Source: an uncultured delta proteobacterium (lineage in GTDB: Bacteria; Desulfobacterota; Binatia; UBA9968). Taken from it: a stretch of DNA of 64,000 bases. Below, piece after piece: positions 34,075-44,446 of this stretch. The position numbers and the translations under genes were made by a program. The number at the start of each line of letters is the position of its first letter. Position 1 is the first letter of the stretch. The stretch is from the NCBI GenBank assembly GCA_963737905.1, contig CAVTUQ010000002.1, forward strand, positions 192,001-256,000, written 5' to 3'. The notes under the pieces are model-generated. The model was not told the DNA's origin. It was given only the letters and a program-made list of their open reading frames with translations, and searched no databases.

Positions 34075-34405
34075 CACTAACGTACGGTTACGTCACATGC
34101 TCGATGCTGCGCGCGAGGCGGCGCAAATGGCGCAGGGCAAGACTCGCGCAGATTTGGATACTGACCGTCCGCTCAACCTTTCGTTGGTGCGGTTGCTGGA
34201 AATCGTCGGCGAAGCAGCGAGCCGTGTCCCGGTTAGTGAGCGCGCACAATACTCTGGCATTCCGTGGGTGCAAATCGTCGGCCTGCGCAACCGACTTATC
34301 CACGGCTACGACAACGTGGACTTCGACATTCTCTGGGAAATCGTCACCCAAGACCTTCCACCACTCATTGCAGAACTGGAGAGGATACTATCGTCGGAGC
34401 CGTAG
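34061..34405 (+). CDS. HEPN (DUF86) ribonuclease toxin
   Basis: [15 protein letters not shown] (RxxxxH); overlaps the MNT gene. Confidence 0.9.
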   Translation: MPSHDTNVRLRHMLDAAREAAQMAQGKTRADLDTDRPLNLSLVRLLEIVGEAASRVPVSERAQYSGIPWVQIVGLRNRLIHGYDNVDFDILWEIVTQDLPPLIAELERILSSEP

Positions 34406-34477
34406 CCAAAACAACTTCGTCAAATACTAACCCGTCAAAACAAAGCAGCGAGCAGCAAGAAACGCGGAAGAAAAGTT

Positions 34478-35473
34478 ATGAGAAAAAAACTCATTGGTCC
34501 TACGCTTGCCGCCATGCTCTTTGCACTTTGCTCCCCCGCCCAGGCGCAGCAGCCGAAGAAAGTCCCGCGGATAGGGTATCTATCCGAGGTCGAACGCAGC
34601 TACCTGACTCCGCCCGTACCGAGGCAATTCGGCTGGCTCTGCGCGAGCGTGGCTACATAGAAGGACAGAACATCGCCATCGAGTACCGATATGCGGAGGG
34701 AAAGCGCGATCGGCTCCCTGAGCTTGCGGCCGAGCTGGTGCGTCTAAAGGTCGATATCATCGTGGTAGGAGGGGACCCGACGATCCAGGCGGCCAAGAAT
34801 GCAACCAAGACGATTCCCATCGTGATGGCGGGCCGTTGGGTCCGATCCTGTTGAGGCAGGCTTCGTTGAAAGCCTTGCTCGTCCCGGCGGCAACGTCACC
34901 GGCTTCACAACCCTTGACACGGAACTAGGCGGAAAGCGGCTGGAGCTGCTCAAAGAAGTCGTTCCTAAACTTTCCCGTGTCGCGGTTCTCTACGATCCGG
35001 CCAATCCGGGCAGTGTACGCGAGGTAAAAGAGCTTCTCCCAGCCGCGGCGCATGCGCTAGAGTTGACTATTCAGCCTTGGGAGATACGAGCTGCGGACGA
35101 TTTCGAGAAGGTATTTGCTGCGCTAAGCAAGCGGCGCCCGGATGGACTCTTTGTGCCCGCGGGGCGCGGTAATGACTGCTAACCAAAAACGGATTGTAGG
35201 ACTTTGCGTTAAAGAGCCGGCTACCGTCGATATACAGCAGCAGAGCATCTGTAGATGCTGGTGGGCTCATGTCCTACGGCGCGGACCTCGCGGACGGCTA
35301 CCGGCGCGTAGCATATTACGTGGACAAAATCCTGAAGGGAGCCAAGCCCGCCGATCTGCCGGTGGAACAGCCGACGAAGTTTGAGCTGGTGATCAATCTG
35401 AAAACGGCTAAGCAGATCGGCATGACAATCCCGCAGACGTTGCTGGTATCGGGCGGACAAAGTAATCAAATAG
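34478..35473 (+). pseudogene. ABC_sub_bind-type periplasmic binding protein, copy A (several indels; pseudogene or sequencing error)
   Basis: [72 protein letters not shown]. Confidence 0.85.
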
Positions 35474-35669
35474 CCGTAAGGAGTGAACGGTGAGGAGTGA
35501 GGCGATAAAACGAGCGGCTGCGTTGACACTTATTGAATGACAATGTTACATGCGGCTTGAAGCCCGAGTCGGGCGCGGCATGATTTTTCTAGGGAGTGGT
35601 TCATGAGCTTACGCTCGCCCACAGAGTATGAATATGGAGGGACCCCTTCACACGGTCCTCCCCTCGGCT

Positions 35670-35747
35670 CGTCATTCCCGTGCACGCGGGAATCCAGGTT
35701 TGTTCCCCACCGAGTTAGCCTGGATACCCGCTTTCGCGGGTATGACG
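35670..35747. repeat. Paired palindromic REP/dRS3-like element
   Basis: GTCATTCCCG..CGGGAATCCAGG facing CCTGGATACCCG..CGGGTATGAC. Confidence 0.75.
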
Positions 35748-35801
35748 TAATCCAAGTAGCCTCTGCAAATCATCCGGCACGTATTTTCAAAGGAGAAAAC
35801 T

Positions 35802-36797
35802 ATGGCGAGCAGAAAAATAGCGGGCAAAAAACTAGGTTGGGCTTTAGCCGGGGCACTCCTTGTTCTGTTGCCATCCATGGCCCGGGCGCAGTCGGAAACA
35901 GTAAAGTTGGGAGATCTGGCGGCGATCTCTAATGCGCCAATTTACATCGCCATCGAAAAAGGATTTTTCAAGGAGCAGGGCGTTAACACCGAAATATCGA
36001 ATTTTGACTCGGCGGCAAAGATGGTTCCAGCTATGGTTGCGGGAGAGCTTGAAGTATCGGTCGGGTCGGCGAGCGCCGGGCTTTTTAATGCGGTAGCTCA
36101 GCAAGCGCCGTTTCGTATCGTAGCGGACAAGGGCCAGACGCGGGAAGGATACGGCTTTTCACTGTTGGCAGTGCGCAAAGACCTGGTCGATTCGGGACAG
36201 GTCAAAACATTCAGGGACCTCAAAGGAAAAAAGATCGCTATTCTGGCTAAGGGAAACATTCAACATTATCTGGTGGGAAAGATGGCTGAAGAAGTCGGGC
36301 TCACGATCAACGACGTTGAGCTAAGCTTTCTAGGCGCTCCCAATCAGGTGACCGCTTTCGAGACCAAAGCTATCGATGCCGCCTATGCGGTGGAGCCGTG
36401 GGTGGCTCGATTCACCGAGCGCGGTGTGGCGGTGCGGTTTCGCACACCGGATCAGGTAAAAGGCTTGGGGCCTGTCCAGGTCGGCGTGATTATTTATTCC
36501 GGGAAATTCATTAACGAGCGCAGGCCAGTGGCGCAGCGCTGGATGAACGCCTATATCAAGGCAGCCGAGTTGTTCCATACAAAGGGGACAAAAGATCCGG
36601 AGATCACGGCCATTCTGGAAAAATACACAAAGGTTCCGGCCAAAGTTATTCAAGCAGCCATTCCGCCCTATCAAGATCCCAACGGTAGAGTCCTCCGAGA
36701 GAACTTGGCGGATCAAGCCCAGTGGTTTGCCAGCAACGGCATGCAGCAGCAGAAAGTTAGTATTGATAGCGCTTTGGATTTGAGCTTTTTGAAGTGA
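35802..36797 (+). CDS. ABC substrate-binding protein, NMT1/SsuA-like
   Basis: Signal peptide, IAIEKGFFKEQG, DLKGKKIA. Confidence 0.88.
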   Translation: MASRKIAGKKLGWALAGALLVLLPSMARAQSETVKLGDLAAISNAPIYIAIEKGFFKEQGVNTEISNFDSAAKMVPAMVAGELEVSVGSASAGLFNAVAQQAPFRIVADKGQTREGYGFSLLAVRKDLVDSGQVKTFRDLKGKKIAILAKGNIQHYLVGKMAEEVGLTINDVELSFLGAPNQVTAFETKAIDAAYAVEPWVARFTERGVAVRFRTPDQVKGLGPVQVGVIIYSGKFINERRPVAQRWMNAYIKAAELFHTKGTKDPEITAILEKYTKVPAKVIQAAIPPYQDPNGRVLRENLADQAQWFASNGMQQQKVSIDSALDLSFLK

Positions 36798-36985
36798 CAA
36801 ACTTCCACTCCGATTTTTTTAGCCGCAAAGAACGCAAAGGGCACCAAGTTAAAATCGCGGACAGAAAACTCGACACTCGAAATCTAACACGGTTGCAAAT
36901 GATCAAAGATGAAAAAGAGAGAATGTTCCAAATGAACGTGGAATTCGTAATTGTTTCGGCTTCACATTCGGATTTGTCTTACGGC

Positions 36986-37021
36986 TTGAACGATTTGAAC
37001 GACTTGAACCGCTTGAACGGT
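36986..37021. repeat. Nonamer tandem repeat TTGAACnnn x4
   Basis: ttgaacgat ttgaacgac ttgaaccgc ttgaacggt. Confidence 0.85.
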
Positions 37022-37041
37022 TCTAATCAAGGAAGTGTCTC

Positions 37042-38430
37042 GTGGCGAAAGACCTAAGAGGTTTTTTAAAAGAACTGGAAGCGGAGGAGCCGGACCAAAT
37101 ACTCCGCGTCAAACGGGAAGTTGATCCGCACTTCGAGGTGACCGGTGTTCTCGCCAAGCTAGAAAAGGAGCGACAATTTCCAGTCGTCATCTTCGAGAAA
37201 GTCAAAGGGTCCACCTTGCCGGTTGTAACCAATGTCCACGCCGATGCTCGGCGCCTGTTCCGAGCCATCGGGCTCAAGAATGCCACCTTGCCGGAATTTA
37301 TCCGTGAATACGCCGCTCGCGAGGATTGTCCCAAGCCGCCGGTCATGGTCAAAGAGGCTCCCGTGCAGGAGGTGGTCCTTGCCGGTAAAGATATCGATGT
37401 AACGCGACTGCCCATTCTGACCTACCACGAGAAAGACGCCGGCCGATATATAACCGCCGGCTTTGGCATCATGCGCGACCCCGACTCGGGCGTCCGCAAT
37501 GCCGGTATTTACCGCCTCATGATTCACTCCAAAGATACCTTCGGCATCCAGCTCTCAGAGACAGCTCACGGCCACTACATTTGGCAGACTTATGAGCGAC
37601 AAAATCGACCCACGCCGATGGCGGTGGCCATCGGCCATCACCCCGCTTTCTATATCGGCTGTCTTTCCTTCACTTCTTTGGAGACGGACGAGTTCTCCGT
37701 GGCGGGCGGAATCATGGGAGAGCCCGTGGAGCTGGTGCGCTGCCGGACATTGGACTTGGAAGTGCCGGCCTATGCCGAGATCGTGTTGGAATGCGAGATT
37801 CTTCCCCAGCTCCGCAAAAAGGAAGCGCCGTTTGGCGAGTATCCGGGAACCTACGGGCCGCAGCGCGACAATCCAGTGGTTCAAGTGAAGGCCATTACGA
37901 TGCGTCGCGACGCCCTGTACCAGTCGAGCTTCGTTGGTCACGCCGATAACTTGCTTCTTTCGGGAATCGTCCGCGCGACGACCATCATGAAGACGGTCAA
38001 GATGGCGTCGCCCAAGGTCCGGGCGGTCCATGTGCCGGCCTCGGGCAGGTGCCGTTTCATTTGTTATGTGTCCATTGAAAAGATTATTGAGGGCGAGCCG
38101 AAGAATGCCGCGATGGCGGCATTCGCGGCCGATCCGTTTCTTAAATACGTCGTCGTGGTCGATCAGGACGTCAACATTTTGAACGACGAGGAAGTCCTCC
38201 ACGCGATCGCCACTCGAGTGCGGGCGGACACGGACATATTCATGGTCACACACGCCAAAGGCTCTCCCCTCGATCCCGCGTCCTATGACCCCGCAGCGGG
38301 GTCCCATCTGGTCACCAAGATGGGAATTGATGCCACCCGGAAGTCGAATTATCCAGAGGAGATCAAAGTCCCGGGCTCCGACGACATCAAGCTGGAAAAT
38401 TACTTCCCCGGCTGGCGCTCGGCGAATTAG
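37042..38430 (+). CDS. UbiD family decarboxylase
   Basis: DLRGFL, RNAGIYR, EAPFGEYPG, LDP, KMGIDAT. Confidence 0.92.
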   Translation: MAKDLRGFLKELEAEEPDQILRVKREVDPHFEVTGVLAKLEKERQFPVVIFEKVKGSTLPVVTNVHADARRLFRAIGLKNATLPEFIREYAAREDCPKPPVMVKEAPVQEVVLAGKDIDVTRLPILTYHEKDAGRYITAGFGIMRDPDSGVRNAGIYRLMIHSKDTFGIQLSETAHGHYIWQTYERQNRPTPMAVAIGHHPAFYIGCLSFTSLETDEFSVAGGIMGEPVELVRCRTLDLEVPAYAEIVLECEILPQLRKKEAPFGEYPGTYGPQRDNPVVQVKAITMRRDALYQSSFVGHADNLLLSGIVRATTIMKTVKMASPKVRAVHVPASGRCRFICYVSIEKIIEGEPKNAAMAAFAADPFLKYVVVVDQDVNILNDEEVLHAIATRVRADTDIFMVTHAKGSPLDPASYDPAAGSHLVTKMGIDATRKSNYPEEIKVPGSDDIKLENYFPGWRSAN

Positions 38431-38490
38431 CATGCTTCGACACTCGACTTGGCTCAGCGCAGGTTGCCTCGACTCACCGTCCAAAGCCGT

Positions 38491-41028
38491 TCAGCGCCAG
38501 TTATGCTTCGGATACTTGCGCTGCAATTCCTGTTTGAGTTTCGGATAGGTTTCACGCCAGAAAACCGCCAGGTTCTCAGTTATCTGCACCGGACGGTTAT
38601 TTGGCGCGAGCACCTGAATGCGGACGGCAACGCGGCGTTTGGCAATCCAGAGCCCTTCTTTGATGCCGTACAAATCCTGAATGCGCGCCGCAATCGTCGG
38701 TGCCCCATCGACGGAGTAGACGACCTTCAGTGCGCGGCCGTTGGGCAACCCAATCCGCTCAGGCGCGTGATCTTCTATGCAGGCCTGTTGCTGCCGGGAG
38801 AGCCACGACTTCACGACGGGCAAAACAGGCCGGCCTTTGATTTCGTTGTAACTGATTGCACCATGGCAAATGCGCCGGAGCATAGCATCCCGCTCCTCGG
38901 CTCCGATAGCGGGCAATCCGAGTTCCGGCATCCATTCACGTAACCGATTGATCCGCAGGATCCATTGTTCAACCGATTCGTTCCAGTTATCGAGGGCGCA
39001 GCGGCCGCCGGCAACTTCGCGCGCTAGAATACCGGCCGCTTCCTCAGCCGGCGGACTGTCGGAAAGTCTCTCTTCCAGCACCAGATCTCGAAAGCGCGTC
39101 TCGTTCCGGGCAATGACGCGCCGCAATGTCGGGTCGTAGACCACGGTATGGACTTCCTTGAAGTCAGCGGGGAAAAGTTCGCGCAACCACTCTTCTTTGA
39201 TTGCCGTTGCCAGATTCAGCACGACATTCAAGGCACGGTCCCTGCCGCCGCTTTCCACCTCGCGCACCTCGGAAACGACAAAGAGCGGCGCTTTCACGAC
39301 GCTTTCGCGCGCCAACACACCGCGCCGGCCGTGGACCAGTTCGCAACGCCGCGAGGCCGCGTCCAGACGCTTGGCGAGTTGGTCGGAAAACCCAACCAGC
39401 ACGCAACGCTGCACCGCAGCGTTATCGACAGGCTTCTCGCTGACGTCCAGGCCCTCGGCTGCGGCGATCCGCAAGAATTGCTCGAACAACGGTCCGACCT
39501 GACGCGCCGCCTGCGCGTGAACACCCAGCCGGCGGCAGCGGTCGATGTGGTAGCCATTGCGCTCGGCGTAGCGCCAGGCTTGCATCAGCACAAAAAAATC
39601 CGATTCCATCTCTCTATCGAACGGATCATCGCGCGGCTCGTCAATTGGTTTTTCTCGCGAGCGCGTCAACAAGCCCCGCCCTTGTGTCAGGGCGGCGATC
39701 AACGCGACGGGTCGCACACAACCATAGTCGTGGGCGGCCAGGAACATACGCGCGTAGCGTGGATGCGTCGGAAATGCGAGCATGCGTCGCCCGAGTGCGG
39801 TGATGGCACCCGTCGTGTCGTCAATGGCTCCCAAGTCGGTGAGCAGCGTCTCGGCGCGTTCCAGCATGCGAAGGTCGGGGACCTCCAGCCAGCGAAAAGT
39901 CTTTACGTCGTTCACGCCGCTCGCCTTGAGCGTGAGGATTACCTCCGAGAGATCGAGGCGTTTCACTTCGGAAATTTCCTGGGCGCGGCGCGCGCTCTGG
40001 TCATGGGCCGTCCACAAACGCAAGCAGTGCCCGGGCGCCGTCCGTCCCGCGCGACCTGCCCGCTGGTCGGCTGCGGCGCGGCTGATCTTTTCGACCAGCA
40101 GCGTGTTGATGCCGCGATACGGATCATATCGGGGAATACGCGCCAAACCGCTGTCGATTACCAGGCGAACACCGTCGATGGTGAGCGACGTTTCCGCGAC
40201 GTTGGTGGCGACAACGATTTTGCGCCGGTCATAGCGGGCCACCGCTGCGTCCTGATCCATCGGCGGCAATTCGCCGTGCAACGGAAACACGACGAACCGT
40301 TGGCCGAGGGCGTCGCGCGCCGCCTGCACGGTGCGAGTGATCTCATATGCTCCGGGCATGAAAATGAGCGCGTCGCCTTCGGGATCTTCGCTCACCAAAC
40401 GGTGGAGTTCTCTGACCGCAAGTTCCCAGACGGGCGCGTCACCGGCAGGGTTGGAAAGATATTGGACGGCGACGGGGTAAGTGCGACCTTCCGCCGATAA
40501 CACTGCGCAAGGGTGGAGATACTTCTCCACCGTGGCAACATCCAATGTGGCCGACATGACGACGATGATGAGATCGGGCCGTGTCGATTCCTGGATTTCG
40601 AGCGCGCGGGCCAAGGTGATGTCCCCGTAGAGATGCCGTTCGTGAAATTCGTCGAACAGTATGGCGCTGACACCCTTCAAGCCGGGATCAGCCAGCATCC
40701 GGCGCAGCAGCACGCCTTCGGTGACGTAACAAATCCGTGTGGCGGGAGAGGTGACGTTGTCCAGCCGCATCTGGTAGCCAACTTCACCGCCGAGTTTTGT
40801 CTGTCGAGCTTGCGCGACCCACGCCGCGAGCATCCGTGTTGGCAACCGGCGCGGCTGCAAGACCGTCACCTGGCCATCGCGCAGTAAACCCCCGTCGAGC
40901 AGCATCTGCGGCACTTGGGTTGATTTGCCCGAGCCGGTGGGCGCAGTTAGAACCAACCGCTTCTGCGTGGCCAGGGTTTTGAGTAATGACTGCTCTATTT
41001 CGAGGATAGGTAAATCCGGCTTTCGCAT
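38491..41028 (-). CDS. hrpB: ATP-dependent helicase HrpB
   Basis: APTGSGKS, DEFHER, MSAT, QRAGRAGR, C-terminal KYPKHNW. Confidence 0.93.
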   Translation of the reverse strand: MRKPDLPILEIEQSLLKTLATQKRLVLTAPTGSGKSTQVPQMLLDGGLLRDGQVTVLQPRRLPTRMLAAWVAQARQTKLGGEVGYQMRLDNVTSPATRICYVTEGVLLRRMLADPGLKGVSAILFDEFHERHLYGDITLARALEIQESTRPDLIIVVMSATLDVATVEKYLHPCAVLSAEGRTYPVAVQYLSNPAGDAPVWELAVRELHRLVSEDPEGDALIFMPGAYEITRTVQAARDALGQRFVVFPLHGELPPMDQDAAVARYDRRKIVVATNVAETSLTIDGVRLVIDSGLARIPRYDPYRGINTLLVEKISRAAADQRAGRAGRTAPGHCLRLWTAHDQSARRAQEISEVKRLDLSEVILTLKASGVNDVKTFRWLEVPDLRMLERAETLLTDLGAIDDTTGAITALGRRMLAFPTHPRYARMFLAAHDYGCVRPVALIAALTQGRGLLTRSREKPIDEPRDDPFDREMESDFFVLMQAWRYAERNGYHIDRCRRLGVHAQAARQVGPLFEQFLRIAAAEGLDVSEKPVDNAAVQRCVLVGFSDQLAKRLDAASRRCELVHGRRGVLARESVVKAPLFVVSEVREVESGGRDRALNVVLNLATAIKEEWLRELFPADFKEVHTVVYDPTLRRVIARNETRFRDLVLEERLSDSPPAEEAAGILAREVAGGRCALDNWNESVEQWILRINRLREWMPELGLPAIGAEERDAMLRRICHGAISYNEIKGRPVLPVVKSWLSRQQQACIEDHAPERIGLPNGRALKVVYSVDGAPTIAARIQDLYGIKEGLWIAKRRVAVRIQVLAPNNRPVQITENLAVFWRETYPKLKQELQRKYPKHNWR

Positions 41029-41219
41029 CGTTTGAGGTTACTTTAACACAATCAAAGAAGACTGAACGTCAACGAAGTCTTGCCCCTGATCCCAAATCAC
41101 CCGCGAGTTGTCTCTAATAAGGGATGGGACAGTGGGAAGTCCTGCTGCACCCGACAAAAAAAAGACGATCAGCGCGGAGGCGCGGGGTGGAATAGGTGTG
41201 GCGATTCCAAGCGACTCCG

Positions 41220-41873
41220 CTATGGAAAGATACGGCGATACACGCCCGGAGATCCGGCGGCCATGGTCATAAGTGCGCGCATGCGTCCGGAGCGGGGAGA
41301 GGAATGTTCCCTTTGATGTGACCAATCGGCGCTCTCGGACACCTTATCGTTCACCAGTTCATAGACGGTTGCGAAGCTGCGATCATCTTCTACTGCGCGG
41401 TAGCGCCGCGCATAGATGACGCCGGGGACTTTAAGATACCCGGGGATATACTCGGTATTGTACCACTCGTTCCATTCGGCATCCGCGCTCTCCGGCAAAG
41501 ACATGCGACCGATCTGAAGGGCGGGCGCCATCCCGCGATCGGGATCTTCCAAGGTGCTTGGAAAAATCTGCCGGCCGACGATTCGCGTCACGTTTTTGCC
41601 GGTCACTCGCGGCGACATACGGTTTTCCCAGGGCGTACGTTTGCGTTTGCCGAATTCCGGGCTTCGAATGGCCTCAACACTCGTGAGTTCATAGACGGCC
41701 ATATATTTCGGACCTCCCCGAGTGGCCACATAACGCGCCGCGTCGAGAAAACCCGGTAAAGTCAGCAGTTCTGGCAAATGCTCGGTGTTGTACCAGGCAT
41801 TAAATTCTTCCTCATGCTTTGGATCAATGAGGTCGGTATAGACTAAAAACAATCCCTCTCCCTTTTTTGCCAT
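41220..41873 (-). CDS. Tandem EthD/DUF4286-like domain protein
   Basis: Two FN.WYNTE(H/Y)...PG...ARRY...YEL repeats; GGAGG RBS. Confidence 0.75.
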   Translation of the reverse strand: MAKKGEGLFLVYTDLIDPKHEEEFNAWYNTEHLPELLTLPGFLDAARYVATRGGPKYMAVYELTSVEAIRSPEFGKRKRTPWENRMSPRVTGKNVTRIVGRQIFPSTLEDPDRGMAPALQIGRMSLPESADAEWNEWYNTEYIPGYLKVPGVIYARRYRAVEDDRSFATVYELVNDKVSESADWSHQREHSSPRSGRMRALMTMAAGSPGVYRRIFP

Positions 41874-42139
41874 GGCGGTCCTCCACCGTTTACCCGTATC
41901 ACAGAACGGCCTCATACGTGAATGTAGAGGGTGAGTGTTCTGAATTCCGTTGACTAAGAAAAGTGGTCCAAAGTTACGGCCGCACCCTTGGCCGGCTAGG
42001 CCAGCGAGATCTCCGACCGTTTGATAGACGTTCACGAACACGAAGAATGAAATCAAGCGGTCGGCCTGCGCGAAGGAACAAGGGCCGAATTCGTTGAATC
42101 TTGAACATGGAACTTTGAATAATGGATTGAGCCGGTGCT

Positions 42140-43144
42140 TCAGCCGAACTGTCCGAGGCGCTCGATAACGTTGACGCAGCGGTTGGAATAGCCCCACTCG
42201 TTGTCGTACCAGGAGACCACGCGAGCGTAGCCGTCGCCCTTGGACTGAGTCACCAGCGAATCGAAGATTGACGAGTGCGGGTTGCCAATGATGTCGCTCG
42301 AGACCAGCGGCACCTCGGAGTACTCCAGCACGTTCTTGAGCGGGCCCTCGGCGTTGCGTCTTACCGCCTCGTTGATGGCTTCTTTGTCGGGATGCTTTTC
42401 GAGCTCCACGACGAGATCGACCACCGAGCCGTCGGACACCGGCACGCGTGCCGCGATGCCATCGAGCTTGCCCATGAGCTTGGGCAGCACGACACCCACC
42501 GCTCGGGCGGCGCCGGTGGTGGTCGGGATGATGTTTTCCGCCGCGGCACGGCTGCGCCGGAAGTCTTCGTGGGGCACGTCCGCCAGGCGCTGGTCGTTGG
42601 TATAGGCGTGCACCGTGGTCATGATGCCGTGCTTGATTCCGAAAGAATCGTCGAGCACCTTGGCCAAAGGCGCGAGGCAATTCGTGGTGCACGAGGCGTT
42701 GGACACCAGGCGGTGCTCGGGCTTGAGCTGGTCATCGTTGACGCCCATAACGACCATTTGATCGACATTGTCCTTGGGCGGCACGGTGAGGAGCACGCGC
42801 TTGGCGCCCGCAGCCAGATGCTTCTCGAGATCGGCGCGCGCGGTGAAGATTCCCGTCGACTCGATCACCACGTCGATGCCCAGCTCCTTCCATTTGGCCT
42901 CGGCCGGATTTCTGACGCTGGTCATGAGGATTTTCTTGCCGCCGACGTACAGCGCGTGGTCGTCGTGGGTGACGTCCTGCTTAAGGGTACCCATGATGGT
43001 GTCGTACTTGAGCAGATAGGCCAGCGCTTCGTTCTTGAAGATGTCGTTGATGCAGACCACTTCAATACTCGGATGGTCGCACAGGATACGGAAAACGCTC
43101 CGGCCGATGCGCCCGAAGCCATTGATGGCAACGCGAATGTTCAT
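42140..43144 (-). CDS. gap: Type I glyceraldehyde-3-phosphate dehydrogenase
   Basis: INGFGRIGR, SNASCTTNCL, TVHAYT, SWYDNEWGY. Confidence 0.96.
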   Translation of the reverse strand: MNIRVAINGFGRIGRSVFRILCDHPSIEVVCINDIFKNEALAYLLKYDTIMGTLKQDVTHDDHALYVGGKKILMTSVRNPAEAKWKELGIDVVIESTGIFTARADLEKHLAAGAKRVLLTVPPKDNVDQMVVMGVNDDQLKPEHRLVSNASCTTNCLAPLAKVLDDSFGIKHGIMTTVHAYTNDQRLADVPHEDFRRSRAAAENIIPTTTGAARAVGVVLPKLMGKLDGIAARVPVSDGSVVDLVVELEKHPDKEAINEAVRRNAEGPLKNVLEYSEVPLVSSDIIGNPHSSIFDSLVTQSKGDGYARVVSWYDNEWGYSNRCVNVIERLGQFG

Positions 43145-44157
43145 TTGAGACCTCCATCGATTTGCGTCATACGCTCGATCAGATCGACGACGCGGTGGGC
43201 GTAGCCCCAGCCGTTGTCGTACCACGCGATGGTCTTCACCATATGCTCACCGAGCATGGTCGTCGCCAGGCTGTCATAGGTGCTCGAGTACGGGCTCATC
43301 TTGACATCGCTCGAAACGATCGGGTCCTGCGCGTACTCAACGTATTTCGCGAATTTGGCGGCGATGCCGGTACGCACGACTTCATTGACCGCTGTCTTGG
43401 TAATGGCCTCTTTGGTAAACATGGTCATGTCGACCAGCGAGCCATTCGGCACCGGCACGTTCAGCGCCATGCCGGTGATCTTGCCCTCGAGATGCGGCAT
43501 CATTTGCTCGAGCACCCGCGCCGCGTTGGTATCGGTGGGAATGATGTTCTCCGAGGCGGCGCGCGAGCGGCGTAAATCACCCGCCGGCACGTCCGCTAGT
43601 CGCTGATCGTTTGTGTAAGCGTGCACGGTAGTAAAAAACATCCGCTCGATGCCGAAGGCGCTGTCGATGATCGAGATGATTGGAGCGGCGCAGTGGGCGG
43701 TGATCGAGCCATTGGAGATGATGCGATGCTCAGCCTTGAGCTGTTTGTCGTTGACCCCCATCACCACGGTGATATCAGGCTCATCGACCGGCGGCACGCA
43801 CAGGATGACGCGTTTGGCACCGGCGTCGAGGTGCTTCTTCAGCTCGGAGCGGCTGCGGTAACGCGCCGTCGCTTCGACCACCACGTCGACACCCAGCTCG
43901 CCCCACTTGACGTCGCCGGGTTCGCGGCCGGAGAGCATCTTCACCTGCCGGCCATACGTGTACAGCGCGCCTTCGCTGACCGATACCACGTCGGGAAAGC
44001 GCCCCATGATCGTGTCGTACTTGACCAAGTACTCCAGGTTCTTGTGATCAGCGACGTCGCTCACCGCCGTTACTTGGATATCGTCCCGCTTATACAGGAT
44101 GCGGAACAAGTTGCGGCCGATGCGGCCGAAGCCCATCAAACCCACCTTTGTAGTCAT
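43141..44157 (-). CDS. GAPDH-like protein lacking the catalytic cysteine
   Basis: MGFGRIGR, TVHAYTNDQ and WYDNGWGY retained; SNGSITAHC replaces SNASCTTNC; ATGA overlap with gap. Confidence 0.9.
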   Translation of the reverse strand: MTTKVGLMGFGRIGRNLFRILYKRDDIQVTAVSDVADHKNLEYLVKYDTIMGRFPDVVSVSEGALYTYGRQVKMLSGREPGDVKWGELGVDVVVEATARYRSRSELKKHLDAGAKRVILCVPPVDEPDITVVMGVNDKQLKAEHRIISNGSITAHCAAPIISIIDSAFGIERMFFTTVHAYTNDQRLADVPAGDLRRSRAASENIIPTDTNAARVLEQMMPHLEGKITGMALNVPVPNGSLVDMTMFTKEAITKTAVNEVVRTGIAAKFAKYVEYAQDPIVSSDVKMSPYSSTYDSLATTMLGEHMVKTIAWYDNGWGYAHRVVDLIERMTQIDGGLK

Positions 44158-44446
44158 TAGCTCCTCTGCTTTTTCTTGGCCCGTCCGGGTCCCGGTATGT
44201 TTTCCGAACTGCCTGCTTGATCGTAGCCGATCAGGGATTAGTGCCGTCAGCAAGTTTCTAGATGATCGCGGGTCTTGTAGGGTGATAAGATTTTCAGGTC
44301 AGACCGGCGCCGGACAGGCTGGACCCGGATCAACTTCCCTAAATACAACTATCCGACAAAGTGCTGTAAGTCAATTCAGAAACAAGGATTGTAATGATTG
44401 TTATCTCAGACACTAATCGGCCTGTAGATGCTGAGCCACAGATAAA

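Noticed and set aside
39148-40500. 450-aa plus-strand ORF and similar long antisense ORFs (7293-8147, 12834-13706, 42275-43204)
   Set aside because: These are shadow frames opposite well-supported genes in GC-rich DNA
41874-42692. N-terminal extension of the 490-aa ORF 41220..42692
   Set aside because: It overlaps gap in another frame; an RBS supports the start at 41873
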